Counted from the stretch's first letter, positions 50,114 through 61,623 are shown. The stretch is 64,000 nt of DNA from Roseibium sp. (GCF_048260565.1 NZ_JBLXGP010000001.1:141362-205361); one strand, 5' to 3'. Notes: generated from the letters alone by a model not told the origin. Translations and numbers: made by a program.

Positions 50114-51802
50114 ATGACAAGCGCTCCGAAACCTTCAGCCATTAATGGTCAACTTCGCCTCGGCATTGCCCAGCTCAATCCGATCGTCGGCGATATCGCA
50201 GGCAACTCGGAGCTGATCCGTCGGAGCAGGGCCGAAGCAGAACAAAACGGCGCCCATCTGGTGCTGTGCCCGGAGCTGGCCGTTTCCGGCTACCCGCCGG
50301 AAGACCTGGTGCTGAAGCCGGCCTTCGTGGACCAGTGCATGGAAGCGGTCGAGGAGCTGGCCAAAGAAACCGCTGACGGCGGACCGGGAATGATCATCGG
50401 CGCTCCCTGGCTTTTCGATGGCAAGCTCTATAACGCGGCCATACTGATCGATGGCGGGAAGATCCAGGCGGTCCGCTACAAGACCGATCTGCCCAACTAC
50501 GGGGTTTTCGACGAAAAGCGAGTGTTTGCCGCGGGGCCGCTGCCGGGGCCTGTCGACTTCCGGGGCGTCCGCATCGGCGTGCCGATCTGCGAGGACATCT
50601 GGAACGACGAGGTCTGCGAGTGCCTTGCCGAAACCGGTGCCGAAATTCTCCTGGTTCCGAACGGCTCGCCCTATTGGGAAAACAAGGCCGAGGAACGGCT
50701 GCAGGTCGCGGTCGCCCGGGTCGTGGAAAGCGGCTTGCCGCTTGTCTTCTGCAACCAGTTCGGCGGCCAGGATGAACTGGTCTTCGACGGCGGCTCCTTC
50801 GGGCTTCAGGCGGATCGGACGCTGGCCTTCCAGATGCCTCAGTTCGAGACCGGTCTCGCCTATACCGACTGGGTGCTGAATGACGAAACCTGGGTTTGCG
50901 AATGCGGTCCGGTGACCGTCCTGCCCGACCTGGACGAGGCCAACTGGAACGCCTGTGTCGTCGGTCTGCGCGACTATGTGTTGAAGAACGGCTTTCCCGG
51001 CGTCACACTCGGGCTTTCCGGCGGAATTGATTCCGCTGTGGTCGCGGCCATGGCCGTCGACGCGCTTGGAGCCGACAAGGTCCATGCCATCATGATGCCC
51101 TACCGCTATACGTCCGAGGAGAGCATCAAGGACGCTGCCGACTGTGCCGCCGCACTCGGCATCCGCTTCGACACCATTCCGATCGCCGAGCCGGTCGAAG
51201 CCTTCACGAAGGTTCTGGCGCCGGTCTTTTCCGGCCGTGCCGCGGACACGACGGAGGAGAACCTGCAGGCGCGGTCCCGTGGCGTGATCCTGATGGCGAT
51301 CTCCAACAAGTTCGGCTACATGGTCGTCACCACCGGCAACAAGTCGGAAATGTCCGTCGGTTACGCCACGCTCTATGGCGACATGAACGGCGGCTACAAT
51401 CCGATCAAGGATCTCTACAAGACACAGGTCTACGATCTGGCGGACTGGCGCAACAAGAACCGTTCCGATTGCCTGATGGGGCCTGAAGGCGAGGTTGTAC
51501 CGAACAACATCATCACCAAGGTGCCGTCCGCGGAGCTCAGGGAAAACCAGACGGACCAGGATTCCCTGCCGCCCTACGATCAGCTCGATGATATTCTTTC
51601 CTGCCTTGTCGAGCAGGAGATGGCGGTTCGCGATATCGAGAAGCGGGGCCATGACCGCGAGCTCATTCACAGGATCGAGCATCTGCTCTACATTGCCGAG
51701 TACAAGCGGCGGCAGGCGCCTCCCGGCGTGAAGATCACGGCCCGCAATTTTGGCCGCGACCGCCGCTATCCGATTACCAACCGGTTCCGCGACCGCAGCT
51801 GA
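50114..51802 (+). CDS. nadE: Glutamine-dependent NAD+ synthase
   Basis: Nitrilase-like N-terminal domain (PELAVSGYPPEDL, ICEDIW); GLSGGIDS, ENLQAR, GNKSE, PSAEL. Confidence 0.97.
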   Translation: MTSAPKPSAINGQLRLGIAQLNPIVGDIAGNSELIRRSRAEAEQNGAHLVLCPELAVSGYPPEDLVLKPAFVDQCMEAVEELAKETADGGPGMIIGAPWLFDGKLYNAAILIDGGKIQAVRYKTDLPNYGVFDEKRVFAAGPLPGPVDFRGVRIGVPICEDIWNDEVCECLAETGAEILLVPNGSPYWENKAEERLQVAVARVVESGLPLVFCNQFGGQDELVFDGGSFGLQADRTLAFQMPQFETGLAYTDWVLNDETWVCECGPVTVLPDLDEANWNACVVGLRDYVLKNGFPGVTLGLSGGIDSAVVAAMAVDALGADKVHAIMMPYRYTSEESIKDAADCAAALGIRFDTIPIAEPVEAFTKVLAPVFSGRAADTTEENLQARSRGVILMAISNKFGYMVVTTGNKSEMSVGYATLYGDMNGGYNPIKDLYKTQVYDLADWRNKNRSDCLMGPEGEVVPNNIITKVPSAELRENQTDQDSLPPYDQLDDILSCLVEQEMAVRDIEKRGHDRELIHRIEHLLYIAEYKRRQAPPGVKITARNFGRDRRYPITNRFRDRS

Positions 51803-51882
51803 CACAGGCAGCGGAACCTCCTGAAAACGTCAAACGCTTCGCTCGCGTTGCGCCTGCTGAGGGCCATGGCGGGCGAGGCGGT

Positions 51883-53124
51883 ATGCGGGGTTCCGCCGTG
51901 GCATTTTTCGCATTCGTGCGCGCCAATTTTCGCTGGCTGCTGGCCGGGTTTCTGATGACGGCCTTTTCCGGGTTCGGACAGACCTTCTTCATCGGCCTGT
52001 CCGCGGGCTACGTGCGCAAGGAATTCGAACTGTCCAACGGCGAGTTCGGGACGCTCTACATGGCTGCAACGCTTGCCAGCGCGATGAGCCTGCCCTGGGT
52101 CGGACGCAGCCTCGACCGGTATTCGATCCCGCGTGTGGCCGCCGTGGTCATGGTGCTTCTGGCAGCCTTTTGCGTCGCCATGGCGGGCGTGTCTTCCGTC
52201 ATCATGCTGTTCTTCGCCATTTATGGTCTGCGCCTGTTCGGCCAGGGGATGATGTCCAACACGTCCATGACCGCCGTCGGCCGCTGGTTCGATGCGCAGC
52301 GGGGCAGGGCGGTCTCCATCGCCGGCCTTGGTTTTCCGGCCGCCGAGGCGACCCTGCCGATCAGTTTCGTGGCGCTGAGTTCCGCCTTCGGCTGGCGCGT
52401 GACCTGGCTGATGGCCGCCGCCGCTCTGGTTCTTGTCGCCTTGCCGGTGATCCTGGCTTTGCTGCGCAAGGAACGGACGCCGCAAAACATGGCGGAAGGG
52501 GAGACACCCAGACCGATCCGCCATTGGACCCGGGCGGAAGTGCTGCGCGATCCGGTGTTCTGGGTCATGTCCGCCGGTGTGCTTGCGCCGCCGTTCATCG
52601 CCACCGCGGTCCTGTTTCATCAGGTCTATCTGGTCGAGCTGCGCGGCTGGACGCTCGAACTGTTCGCGAGCGCCTTTGCCGTCATGTCGATGTTCGCCGT
52701 GGTATCGTCGCTGATCCTCGGCGCCCTGATCGACCGCTATTCCGCCCGTGCGCTGCTGCCGTTCATGCTGCTGCCGCTGACCGCTGCGTGCCTGGTCCTG
52801 GGATTGATCCATGACACGTACGCCGCCTTCCTGTTCATGGCACTGCTCGGCATCAGCAACGGTTTCGTGGCGACACTGATCGGCGCGCTCTGGCCGGAAG
52901 TCTACGGAACCCGTTATCTCGGAGCGGTTCGATCCGTGGTTTTCGCCCTGATGGTGCTGTCGTCGGCCCTGGGGCCCGGATTGGTCGGCTGGCTGATCGA
53001 CCTCAAGGTGTCCTTCGACTACCAGATGGTCGGCATGGCGGCTTACTGCCTGGTCATGTCCGGCAGCCTGACGTTCATAGCCCGGCGCGTGCACCGACGG
53101 ATGGAACTGCAGGGCGCCGGATAA
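51883..53124 (+). CDS. MFS transporter
   Basis: 413 aa, about 12 TM segments, GRSLDRYS and GALIDRYS motif-A repeats. Confidence 0.9.
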   Translation: MRGSAVAFFAFVRANFRWLLAGFLMTAFSGFGQTFFIGLSAGYVRKEFELSNGEFGTLYMAATLASAMSLPWVGRSLDRYSIPRVAAVVMVLLAAFCVAMAGVSSVIMLFFAIYGLRLFGQGMMSNTSMTAVGRWFDAQRGRAVSIAGLGFPAAEATLPISFVALSSAFGWRVTWLMAAAALVLVALPVILALLRKERTPQNMAEGETPRPIRHWTRAEVLRDPVFWVMSAGVLAPPFIATAVLFHQVYLVELRGWTLELFASAFAVMSMFAVVSSLILGALIDRYSARALLPFMLLPLTAACLVLGLIHDTYAAFLFMALLGISNGFVATLIGALWPEVYGTRYLGAVRSVVFALMVLSSALGPGLVGWLIDLKVSFDYQMVGMAAYCLVMSGSLTFIARRVHRRMELQGAG

Positions 53125-53173
53125 AGCCAAGATCCCGCTTGCGTCTTCGCATTCCTCCCGCTACCTGAAACCC

Positions 53174-54535
53174 ATGACAGTCATCACACGCTTCGCCCCG
53201 TCCCCGACGGGCCATATCCATATCGGCAACAGCCGTCCGGCCCTCTTCAACTGGCTTTTCGCCAAAAAGAACGGCGGGAAGTTCATCCTGCGCTTCGACG
53301 ATACCGATCTGGAGCGCTCCAAGACCGAATATGCCGAGTCCATCGAGCGGGACCTGCGCTGGCTGGGCATCGACCCCGACCGGATCGAACGCCAGTCGGA
53401 CCGGTTTGCCAGCTACGACGCGGCCGCCGACAAGCTGAGAGCGGCCGGGCTGCTTTATGCCTGTTACGAAACGCCGGACGAACTGGAACGCCGCCGCTCG
53501 CGGGCCCGTGCGCTCGGCCGGCCGCCGGTCTACGACCGCGCCGGTCTGAAGCTGACGGACGAGGAAAAGGCGAAACTGGAAGCGGAAGGCCGCAAACCGC
53601 ATTGGCGTTTCCTCCTGCCGAACCATGACGGCGATCCTTTCCAGACCCGCCGGACGGACATTTCCTGGAACGATCTGTGCCGCGGCGACCAGTCTATCGA
53701 TCTTGCTTCCATGTCGGATCCGGTTCTGATCCGCGAGGACGGCACTTATCTATACACGCTGTGTTCCATCGTCGATGACATCGATATGGGCGTCACGCAT
53801 ATCATCCGTGGCGAGGATCACGTCGCCAACACCGCCGTCCAGATCGCCATTTTCCGAGCGCTCGGAGCCGAGGCGCCGGTCTTTGCCCACCACAACCTGC
53901 TGACGACGGTGGATGGTGAGGGGCTCTCCAAGCGCAAAGGCGCGCTTTCCATCGGCTCCTTGCGCGAAGACGGCATCGAGCCCATGGCGGTGACGTCCCT
54001 GGCGGTGCTCACCGGCACAAGCCATGCAGTCGAAGCCGTTCCCGACATGGACACCCTGGTGGACAAGTTCGACCTGGCGAGCGTGTCCCGGTCTGCTGCC
54101 AAGTTCGATCCGGCGGAGCTTCTGGTGCTGAATGCCCGGCTGGTTCACGACATGCCCTATGCGGCCGCCTCGGAGCGTCTGACGGCACTCGGCATTGCCG
54201 GCGGCGAAGCCTTCTGGATGGCCGTTCGCGGTAATTGCGAGAAGGTCGAGGATGCGAAGCTCTACTGGCAGATCGTCGAAGGGCCGGTGGAAAGCCGGAT
54301 CGAGGACGAAGACCGGGACTATGTCGCAAAGGCCCGCGATCTTCTGCCCGATGGCGATGTGACCGCCGAGACCTGGAGCGCCTGGACGCAAGCGTTGAAA
54401 GCGGAAACCGGGCGCAAGGGCCGGGGGCTTTTCATGCCGCTGCGCCGGGTTCTGACCGGTCTCGATCATGGTCCGGACATGAAGGAAATGCTGCCGCTTA
54501 TTGGGCGACAAAATATTCTGGACCGACTACCCTGA
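53174..54535 (+). CDS. gltX: Glutamate--tRNA ligase
   Basis: [44 protein letters not shown]. Confidence 0.96.
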   Translation: MTVITRFAPSPTGHIHIGNSRPALFNWLFAKKNGGKFILRFDDTDLERSKTEYAESIERDLRWLGIDPDRIERQSDRFASYDAAADKLRAAGLLYACYETPDELERRRSRARALGRPPVYDRAGLKLTDEEKAKLEAEGRKPHWRFLLPNHDGDPFQTRRTDISWNDLCRGDQSIDLASMSDPVLIREDGTYLYTLCSIVDDIDMGVTHIIRGEDHVANTAVQIAIFRALGAEAPVFAHHNLLTTVDGEGLSKRKGALSIGSLREDGIEPMAVTSLAVLTGTSHAVEAVPDMDTLVDKFDLASVSRSAAKFDPAELLVLNARLVHDMPYAAASERLTALGIAGGEAFWMAVRGNCEKVEDAKLYWQIVEGPVESRIEDEDRDYVAKARDLLPDGDVTAETWSAWTQALKAETGRKGRGLFMPLRRVLTGLDHGPDMKEMLPLIGRQNILDRLP

Positions 54536-55880
54536 CAGGGGTTTTGGGAGAAACATCCTCGGCTGCTTGCGCCGGGCCATTGGCGTTTTCTGAAAAGACC
54601 GGCGCGACCGGCGGAATGTCCGATTTGGACGCGGGTTTTTCTGACGCAAGCACCGGCAGGCTGCCGGGCGTTTCCTCTTGCGCAGCTTCGGAAGCAGGGG
54701 CCTCATCGCCGGACGGTGTCGTCCTGAGCGCGGCCAGAAGGTTGAAGCCCTCTTCGAGATTGAGCCTGGTATCCGGATCCAGATAGGCTGGCAGATGGTC
54801 GGGCCGGACCGGCTCGCGGGACAGATTGAATGCGGTTGAGCCCGGTTCGCTGCCATCGACGGCCAGCGTTGAGCGGATTCCCTTCGCCTGACCCCGGACC
54901 AGGACAGAAACCTTCGCCCCGTTGACGGTGAACAGGTCGCCGTCGCTCTGGGTAACCGGCGCCAGCCTGCCGGCCGTGTCCTGGCGGGCCGGATTCCGGC
55001 AACTGCAGCCGGTCACGTATTCGCTCTTGAACCGGTTGGCATTCTCCAGGTCACCATAGGCAATGCCGGTCAGGGAGGTCATGTTTTCCTGGGTCTCGCC
55101 CGGGTTCCGGTACACGAACAGTTCGGTTTCCGTGGCCGGACAGATCTCGCCGCAGCGGGCTGCATCATTGACGAACTGGTCGCGTCCGGTCGCGAAACTG
55201 ACGGGGAAGTAATAGCCGTCACAGGTGCGCACACACATGGTCCGATAGGTGCCGCCGGCCGGAAAATGTACGCCGTCCTCACTGTTCGAAGAGACCAGAC
55301 GTCTGCGCGATGTCAGCACTTCCATATCGCCGTCGCTATCACTGACCGCGACATGCCGGGATCGTCCGAAAAGGCGCTGGAAGAAAGTGGCACCCGATGT
55401 ATTGCCGCCGCTTCTTGCAGTGATTTCTGCTTCTTGGCCGGAATAAGAAGCCTGTGCCGGTGCGAGGCAGTTTTGTCGTTCCAGCGAGGCCCGGATCTGC
55501 CGGATCCGGCTCGCGCTGTTTGGTGATTTGCGCTCGGCGCGGGCGGCCTGCTTCTCGATGGCTCTGAGATTGGCCTGCATTTTCGCAATTTTCGCGTTGA
55601 GCTGGCGGCATTTCGGGACGGTGGTCAATGTGGCACATTGAAAGTAGCGCGCGTCGCGCTCCGCCGCCGTGATTGCTTTTTGCTGGAGGCGCGCCTGTCC
55701 CTGCCATTTGGCGACGTTCGGAGAGGCGCCACCCTGCCTTTCCAGACGGTTCAACTCGACCTTCAGACGATCGCAGCTTGCCGCCGAAGCGGAAGAGGGC
55801 GGGAATCCGGCCGTCAAGGCAACGCTCAGGGCGAACACCCTGACCCAAACGCCGAACGCTGCCGGTCGAGTTACCGTCAT
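54498..55880 (-). CDS. DUF2865 domain exported protein
   Basis: Signal peptide, coiled coil, [27 protein letters not shown]. Confidence 0.85.
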   Translation of the reverse strand: MTVTRPAAFGVWVRVFALSVALTAGFPPSSASAASCDRLKVELNRLERQGGASPNVAKWQGQARLQQKAITAAERDARYFQCATLTTVPKCRQLNAKIAKMQANLRAIEKQAARAERKSPNSASRIRQIRASLERQNCLAPAQASYSGQEAEITARSGGNTSGATFFQRLFGRSRHVAVSDSDGDMEVLTSRRRLVSSNSEDGVHFPAGGTYRTMCVRTCDGYYFPVSFATGRDQFVNDAARCGEICPATETELFVYRNPGETQENMTSLTGIAYGDLENANRFKSEYVTGCSCRNPARQDTAGRLAPVTQSDGDLFTVNGAKVSVLVRGQAKGIRSTLAVDGSEPGSTAFNLSREPVRPDHLPAYLDPDTRLNLEEGFNLLAALRTTPSGDEAPASEAAQEETPGSLPVLASEKPASKSDIPPVAPVFSENANGPAQAAEDVSPKTPVRVVGPEYFVAQ

Positions 55881-56018
55881 ACCTATTACCCAGACCCTAC
55901 AGGCGCAAAATCGCTACGCCTTCCCTATCGTCACTATTGGCAGGAACGGCAAGGATAGCAACCAAAGCTCTGAATTGAAGTTAATGCGGATAGGGGATGT
56001 TTGCCCGGGGCGGAAAAA

Positions 56019-56519
56019 CTATTTCTCGGGGGTGCGGAAGGCGCTCGAGGCCCGGGTCAACTGTGCAATAATCTCTTCCAGAGCCCTGCGTTGCTCCGGA
56101 TCCAGGGCCTGCATCAGCATCTTGGAGAAGGCAAGGGCTTTGGGAACCAGGTCCGCGTACATTTTCTGACCCTTCGGTGTAAGTGTCAGGAAATTTTCGC
56201 GCATGTCGTCCGGATTGGGAGCACGGGTCACGAGGCCGCATTTTTCCAGATTGGCGACAGCTCGGCTGACCTTTGTCTTGTGCATGGTGCTGCGTTCGCC
56301 GACGACCTTGGCCGTGACCTGATGGCATTGCCCGATAATGGCGACAACCCGCCACTCGGGTACGCCGATGCCGAATTCCGTGGCATAGATCTGGGAAAAG
56401 GAACGGCTGACTTCCTCGGCCAGAACCACCAGGCGATAGGGCAGGAATTCTTCCAGCGCCAGGACTTCATCCTTCTCGCCTTCCTGAGCCGCCGGATCAG
56501 ATCTTTTCACGTCAGCCAT
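56019..56519 (-). CDS. MarR-family transcriptional regulator
   Basis: FLPYRL..LA..VS, IPEWRV-like, KVSRAVA.LE..GLV.R, L.LT.KG. ATG 56519 preferred over GTG 56567. Confidence 0.88.
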   Translation of the reverse strand: MADVKRSDPAAQEGEKDEVLALEEFLPYRLVVLAEEVSRSFSQIYATEFGIGVPEWRVVAIIGQCHQVTAKVVGERSTMHKTKVSRAVANLEKCGLVTRAPNPDDMRENFLTLTPKGQKMYADLVPKALAFSKMLMQALDPEQRRALEEIIAQLTRASSAFRTPEK

Positions 56520-57002
56520 TTCCCGCCTATCCAACCTCACACAAGGCTCATTCCGTATATCAGTCACGACCGATTCTAGCCGGCCTGATCACGCATTTGC
56601 AGGGATCGGCAGACAAGAGGGCGCTCTGGACCGCCCGATTTGCCGGTTAGACCGCAGTCAACCATGATTGGTAATCCGAATTCGCTTGTCCAGATACTGC
56701 CATTGTTCCCGGTTAGCAAAGTTCATGCGGGGCATAGGCGCCGCATAAATGATTTGGCAGCCGAGGTAAGGAAACGGGTTGGTACAGGTAGTAGAAACCC
56801 TTCTATATCTAGTGGATGTCTGCAAGATGTGATCTATCTGTTGAAAAGGCTGCGCTTTGGAAAAGATTAGACGGCAAGTATTTGCGAATCGGTCCGTTAT
56901 CCTGAGACCGTGTTCCAGGCCAGAGGTATTGGGAGCCTTTGCACAGGGATTGGTTCGCTCGACGGCACTCGCCGACCGCGCAGAAAAAAACGAGAGACGG
57001 CC

Positions 57003-58145
57003 ATGAACAAGAACGTTACTGCCAAAAACGACGCCGGCAAGCAGGATAAGAAAGTCTCATTCCGGGAAATCGGAAGGGACTGTTATGCCTTCTGCGTAGA
57101 CGGAGGCTCGAACACCGGTGTAATTGTCGGGGAGAACTCGGTTCTTGTCGTGGATGCCCAGCCAACGGCGAACGGCGCGGAAGCCGTGCTGGCGGAAATC
57201 ACCAAGATTACCGACAAACCCGTCAAGCATGTGGTCCTGACCCACTACCATGCGGACAGCAGCCTTGGCGCAGCAGCTTTCGAGCCTGGTGAAATCATTG
57301 TCTCCGACCTGACCAGGCGGATGATCGAGGAGCGCGGCCAGGCTGATCGTTCGGCGGCCCTGTCCCGCACGCCGGAGCTTTTCGGCGGAGCGAAGCGGTT
57401 GCCGGCGCAAATCCGGCCGACGATGAACTTCGCGTCCTCCATGTCGATCAATCTGGGGCGCAAGGACGTGCGGCTGATGCACCTGGGTCGCGGCCATACC
57501 ATGGGCGACGTGGTCGTCTGGGTTCCCGATGCGGGTGTGCTGTTCGCCGGTGATCTCGTCGCCAATCAGGTTGCCTCCTATTGCGGCGACGCCCATCTGA
57601 CCGACTGGCCCAGGGCGCTCGGCCGTATCGTGGCTTTCCGGCCAAATGCGCTGATGCCGGGCCGCGGCAGGGCGTTGGTCGGAGCGGAGCGAATCGATCA
57701 GGCTGTTTCTGCAACCGCCGGATTTCTGGATCTCCTCCGCGACACCGTGTTTTCCTGTGTTCAGGAAGGCAAGGGGCTGAAAGGGGCCTATGCGGCGGTG
57801 AAGGCCGCCATGGATCCGGCCTATGCCGAGTATGCGGACTACGAGCGCAACCTGCCGTTCAACGTCGCCCGCGCCTATGATGAAGCGCAGGGGCTCGATA
57901 TTCCCCAGATCTGGACCCCGGAAAGGGATCAGGATCTGGCTGATGCCCTGCGTGGTGTGACGGGGCAAGCAGAAGCCGAGGCGGCAAATAAGAGCAGCGC
58001 CCCTGAGGACGCTTTTGCAGACGCCGACGTTCTCGATCTCTCGCAGGATGATGTCGCCCGCGATGCCGAGGCGGCCGAAAAACCGACGGCCGAAGCGAAC
58101 GGAGAAAAGACGTCCGAGCGAAACCTCGAACCGGCCGGCGCGTGA
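57003..58145 (+). CDS. MBL-fold metallo-hydrolase with a degenerate metal site
   Basis: NTGVIVG, LTHYHADSS, GRGHTMGD, FAGDLV, MPGRG. Confidence 0.85.
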   Translation: MNKNVTAKNDAGKQDKKVSFREIGRDCYAFCVDGGSNTGVIVGENSVLVVDAQPTANGAEAVLAEITKITDKPVKHVVLTHYHADSSLGAAAFEPGEIIVSDLTRRMIEERGQADRSAALSRTPELFGGAKRLPAQIRPTMNFASSMSINLGRKDVRLMHLGRGHTMGDVVVWVPDAGVLFAGDLVANQVASYCGDAHLTDWPRALGRIVAFRPNALMPGRGRALVGAERIDQAVSATAGFLDLLRDTVFSCVQEGKGLKGAYAAVKAAMDPAYAEYADYERNLPFNVARAYDEAQGLDIPQIWTPERDQDLADALRGVTGQAEAEAANKSSAPEDAFADADVLDLSQDDVARDAEAAEKPTAEANGEKTSERNLEPAGA

Positions 58146-58250
58146 ACTGATGTCCGGTCCGTCGGATCCGTTGCGGGCCGCCGGACTGGACATGACGCCG
58201 TGGGGTTCCCACATCGGGTTGATCTGACACTGTCTCCGAAGGACTGTTCC

Positions 58251-58760
58251 ATGCAACGCGCTCTAGTGGCAGCGGCTCTCGCATTGATACTGAGCGTGAG
58301 CTCGGTCTTTGCAGCCGATGAACCCGATCTCATTTTCAAGAAGTCCACGGTCTGGAAATTCCTGACGCCGGATCACAAGCTGGCCACCTACGCCATCGAT
58401 GATCCGATTGTCGAAGGCGTCGCCTGCCATTTCACGGTTCCCGAGAAGGGCGGCATTTCCGGATGGATTGGCGTCGCTGAGGAAGTTTCCGACGTTTCTC
58501 TGGCCTGCCGGCAGGTTGGGCCGGTCGCGTTCAAGGAGAAATTCGAACAGGGGGAGGAGATGTTCCGTCAGCGGCGGTCGTTTCTTTTCAAGAAGATGCG
58601 CATCGTCCGCGGCTGCGACGCCAAGCGGAACGTCCTGGTCTATCTGGTCTATTCGGACAAGCTGATCGAAGGCAGCCCAAAGAACTCCACATCGACCGTG
58701 CCGATCATGCCATGGGGTGATGCCCCTGCGCCGCGCTGCGGCGATTATATGAAAGAGTGA
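58251..58760 (+). CDS. creA: CreA-family exported protein
   Basis: DDP.VEGVACH, SLACRQVGP, LVYLVYSDKLIEGSPKNS.S. Confidence 0.92.
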   Translation: MQRALVAAALALILSVSSVFAADEPDLIFKKSTVWKFLTPDHKLATYAIDDPIVEGVACHFTVPEKGGISGWIGVAEEVSDVSLACRQVGPVAFKEKFEQGEEMFRQRRSFLFKKMRIVRGCDAKRNVLVYLVYSDKLIEGSPKNSTSTVPIMPWGDAPAPRCGDYMKE

Positions 58761-58835
58761 TGCTGCTCTGCGGCGATTTTCTGAACTGTCGGGCCCGGAT
58801 CTTATCGCTGGGCCCGGACATCAGCGCTGGAATGA

Positions 58836-58864
58836 AAAAGGCAGCCCCGCCAGGGCTGCCTTTT
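58836..58864. terminator. Bidirectional intrinsic terminator between creA and the ArsR gene
   Basis: aaaaggcagccc-cgcca-gggctgcctttt. Confidence 0.8.
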
Positions 58865-58889
58865 GTGTGTCTGCGCTATCCAGGGCCGT

Positions 58890-59234
58890 CTAGTCGGCGT
58901 GCTCTGTCTCGAGTACCTGGGAAACCTTTCCCGGAAGATCAGGTTGACAGAAATGCGCATAGAGGATGCCCATGATTTCCTGGGCTGCCTTGCTCACCAG
59001 TTTGTAATAGATGGTTGTGCCATCCCGGCGGGTTTCGACAAGACCCTGCGCACGCAGAAGCGATAGCTGCTGCGAGACGGTCGGCATGCGCATACCCGTC
59101 TTCTCGGCAAGATCGCCGACGCTGCATTCCTTGTCCCACATCTGGCACATCAGCAGCAGCCGAGGGCCGGATGCGAGCATCTTCAGAAAGCCTGCGGCAT
59201 CTTCCGCTTTATTTTCAAGAGCTTTGTAATCCAT
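58890..59234 (-). CDS. ArsR/SmtB-family repressor, BigR/SqrR-like
   Basis: ATG at 59234; RLLLMC (Cys30), SQQL..LR..GLV..RR.G..IYY, HFC (Cys96). Confidence 0.88.
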   Translation of the reverse strand: MDYKALENKAEDAAGFLKMLASGPRLLLMCQMWDKECSVGDLAEKTGMRMPTVSQQLSLLRAQGLVETRRDGTTIYYKLVSKAAQEIMGILYAHFCQPDLPGKVSQVLETEHAD

Positions 59235-59299
59235 GGCTCGGACAATGCCAAAAAATGGGAAAACCTGCAAGCAAACTCAGGTTTCACGGTTACGAATGA

Positions 59300-59488
59300 T
59301 TACATGCGCCCGATTGCCGGAAGCAGGACGTGGCCTGAGCCGCAACCGATCCCTGTCGCCAGGCACATGCTTTTCTGCTGCGTCGCAGCATTGGAAGTGT
59401 GCGGGTAGCCGACAAAACTTGCAAGTGCGGCCAAAGGTCCAATCAGCAAAACGGCCAAAAAGGCAAACGCGAACATACGGGCGAACAT
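59300..59488 (-). CDS. Small hypothetical membrane/exported protein (62 aa)
   Basis: AGGAG RBS 7 nt before ATG; MFARMFAFAFLAVLLIGPLAALASFVGYPH...CLATGIGCGSG... Confidence 0.55.
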   Translation of the reverse strand: MFARMFAFAFLAVLLIGPLAALASFVGYPHTSNAATQQKSMCLATGIGCGSGHVLLPAIGRM

Positions 59489-59624
59489 CTCGATACTCCT
59501 GAACTGGTTCCGACCCTTCGAATACGGCCAGACCATAGGAGAGCGCCCTTGAACCGGTGCTGAGTGGCTCGTTCAGCCAGCGTTCAAATAGCTTAACGAG
59601 ATGCAAGTCTTTGATTTGTCGCCG

Positions 59625-61283
59625 TTAAAGGTTTTCCGTCATGGCGCGCGCCAAGGCTTTCAGCAAAACCGCATCGCGATTGTAGATGTCCTTCCGGAAG
59701 TGGGTCGACCCGTCCTTGTTCATCCAGGCCGTCAGATAGGTGATATGCACCGGTATCGGTTTTTGCAGATTGACGATCATGCGTTCGCCTTTGTCCCGAA
59801 TGGCTTCCAGGCGAGCCTTGTCGTAGCCCTGATCGGCGAGCAACGTGTCGCCGAGCGTAAACGGGTCGGATACGCGGATGCAGCCGTGGCTGAAGGAACG
59901 CTGGGCCTTGTTGAACAGCGACTTGGCCGGCGTGTCGTGGATATAGATATTGAACTTGTTCGGAAACATGAACTTGATTCGGCCCAGAGCGTTCTTGTTG
60001 CCCGGATCCTGCCGCAGTTTGAAGGGGAAGTTCGCGGGGGAATAGGAGCTCCAGGCAATCTGCGACGGCGATATCTCGGTCCCGCCTTCGAAGAGACGAA
60101 TGTTCTGGGAGGACAGCACGCCCGGATTCTTGCGCAACTTCGGCAGGTATTCCTTGGTTGCGATCGAATAGGGCACGTTCCAGTAGGGGTTGATTTCGAC
60201 GTAGGTCATTTCGTCGGTAAAGACCGGTGTGGCGTGATAGGGCTTGCCGACGACGACCTTTGTCGCCAGCCAGGTCTTGTCCTTCTTGACCACCTTCAGA
60301 ACCTGATCCGCGAGATTGACGAAGACATAGGTCTCGCCGAGGTCGTTCGGCATCCAGCGGCGGCGCTCCATATTGAGTTCCATCTGGATCAGCCGTTGTT
60401 CGATCGGCACATTCATTTCCGTCAGCGTATCGGCGCCAATGACACCGTCGACTTCGAGGCCATGATAGGACTGGAATTCCTTGACTGCGTCGACGAGCGC
60501 CCCCTCGTAAGTGTCGCCGGTCTGGATGGTCGGATTCAAATAGTCTTCCTCGATCAGACGTTGGCGCAGCACCCCAAGCCGGCCGTCGGTCATGCCTGGT
60601 TTCAGGACCTCTCCTTCGGGAACGACCGTGAAGCCACCTTCGGCGGCCTTTTGACGGTATTCCGCGAGGCGCAGCTGAAGACGGGCATATTGCGGCGTGT
60701 CGGGGGCGAGCGTTTCCAGAAACGCCGCGTAGTCGCTTGCGCCCACTACATTTTCCAGGAGGACGGACGGTTCCGGCCGGTGCGGGAAGATATTCAGCGC
60801 CTTGTTGACGTCATTCGGCTGAACGCGGCCGGAGGACATGTGCGTGGCGTAACGCAGGAACTGGTGGGTGAGATCCCGCTCGATGGAAGCCCAGTCCTGA
60901 AGCGATTGCGCGTTCTCGCTCCTGTTGATGAATTTCAGCGGCCCGTAATTCTCCGGATTGAGCGCATGGGCATTGGCGTCCGCGAAGGCGGCAATCGTCA
61001 GATGCGCCCGTTCGTTGAAGCCGTTCTTGTTGAGCCAGATCGTGGCAAATCCGCGCTTGGCGTAGAACTCGGTAACCTCGGTGTCATCCAGTTCGATGAT
61101 GGCGTCACGGATACCTTCGGCAAGCGGTGTATTCGGTTCCGGATAGGGGGCCGGTGCCGTGATCGCCGCTTCCGGCGCGGCCGACTGGGCCAGGGCGGAA
61201 CCGACAAGCTCAAGCCTGAAAAAGTGCGGTGCGGCCAGAACAAGCCCGGCACAGAGGATCGACTTAAAGAACATCATGCGCAT
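59625..61283 (-). CDS. L,D-transpeptidase (YcbB/LdtD type) with peptidoglycan-binding domain
   Basis: VKEFQ..HGL..DG.IG, NPYWNVP, LGRIKFMFPN, IYIHDTP, FSHGCIRV. Start 61283 or 61277. Confidence 0.93.
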   Translation of the reverse strand: MRMMFFKSILCAGLVLAAPHFFRLELVGSALAQSAAPEAAITAPAPYPEPNTPLAEGIRDAIIELDDTEVTEFYAKRGFATIWLNKNGFNERAHLTIAAFADANAHALNPENYGPLKFINRSENAQSLQDWASIERDLTHQFLRYATHMSSGRVQPNDVNKALNIFPHRPEPSVLLENVVGASDYAAFLETLAPDTPQYARLQLRLAEYRQKAAEGGFTVVPEGEVLKPGMTDGRLGVLRQRLIEEDYLNPTIQTGDTYEGALVDAVKEFQSYHGLEVDGVIGADTLTEMNVPIEQRLIQMELNMERRRWMPNDLGETYVFVNLADQVLKVVKKDKTWLATKVVVGKPYHATPVFTDEMTYVEINPYWNVPYSIATKEYLPKLRKNPGVLSSQNIRLFEGGTEISPSQIAWSSYSPANFPFKLRQDPGNKNALGRIKFMFPNKFNIYIHDTPAKSLFNKAQRSFSHGCIRVSDPFTLGDTLLADQGYDKARLEAIRDKGERMIVNLQKPIPVHITYLTAWMNKDGSTHFRKDIYNRDAVLLKALARAMTENL

Positions 61284-61623
61284 AGGGAAAAGTCTCGTCT
61301 TGATTCGCCACGACCTTACCAAGCGTAGCCTAGTTCCCGGGACAGTCCAGTTAAAGAAAGCCGTCGGCGTTCCCATGCCGCCTCGGACCTTTGGCGGGTT
61401 CCGGATGAATGACGATTAAGGGTGGCAAATCCGCAGGTTGAATTGCGCCTTGACCGGCGGACGGAAAGCGGGCCATAACAGCGGCCATGATGACGGCCGC
61501 ACGGAACATCATTTCGATCACCATTATTTGCAGCTAGCGACACCGCTGGCTGTGGCCGTTCCCTCTTGGCAAATTGCTCCTTAAGACGGACCGCCCGGCC
61601 AGCCGGCCAGGAGACCGATTGCC

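Noticed and set aside
54498-54535. 38-bp convergent overlap of gltX and the DUF2865 gene
   Set aside because: Short 3' overlaps with a low-complexity tail are common; no evidence of function.
56800-56815. CCACTAGATATAGAAG (minus strand) resembling an NrdR box
   Set aside because: Single imperfect copy with no ribonucleotide reductase gene nearby.
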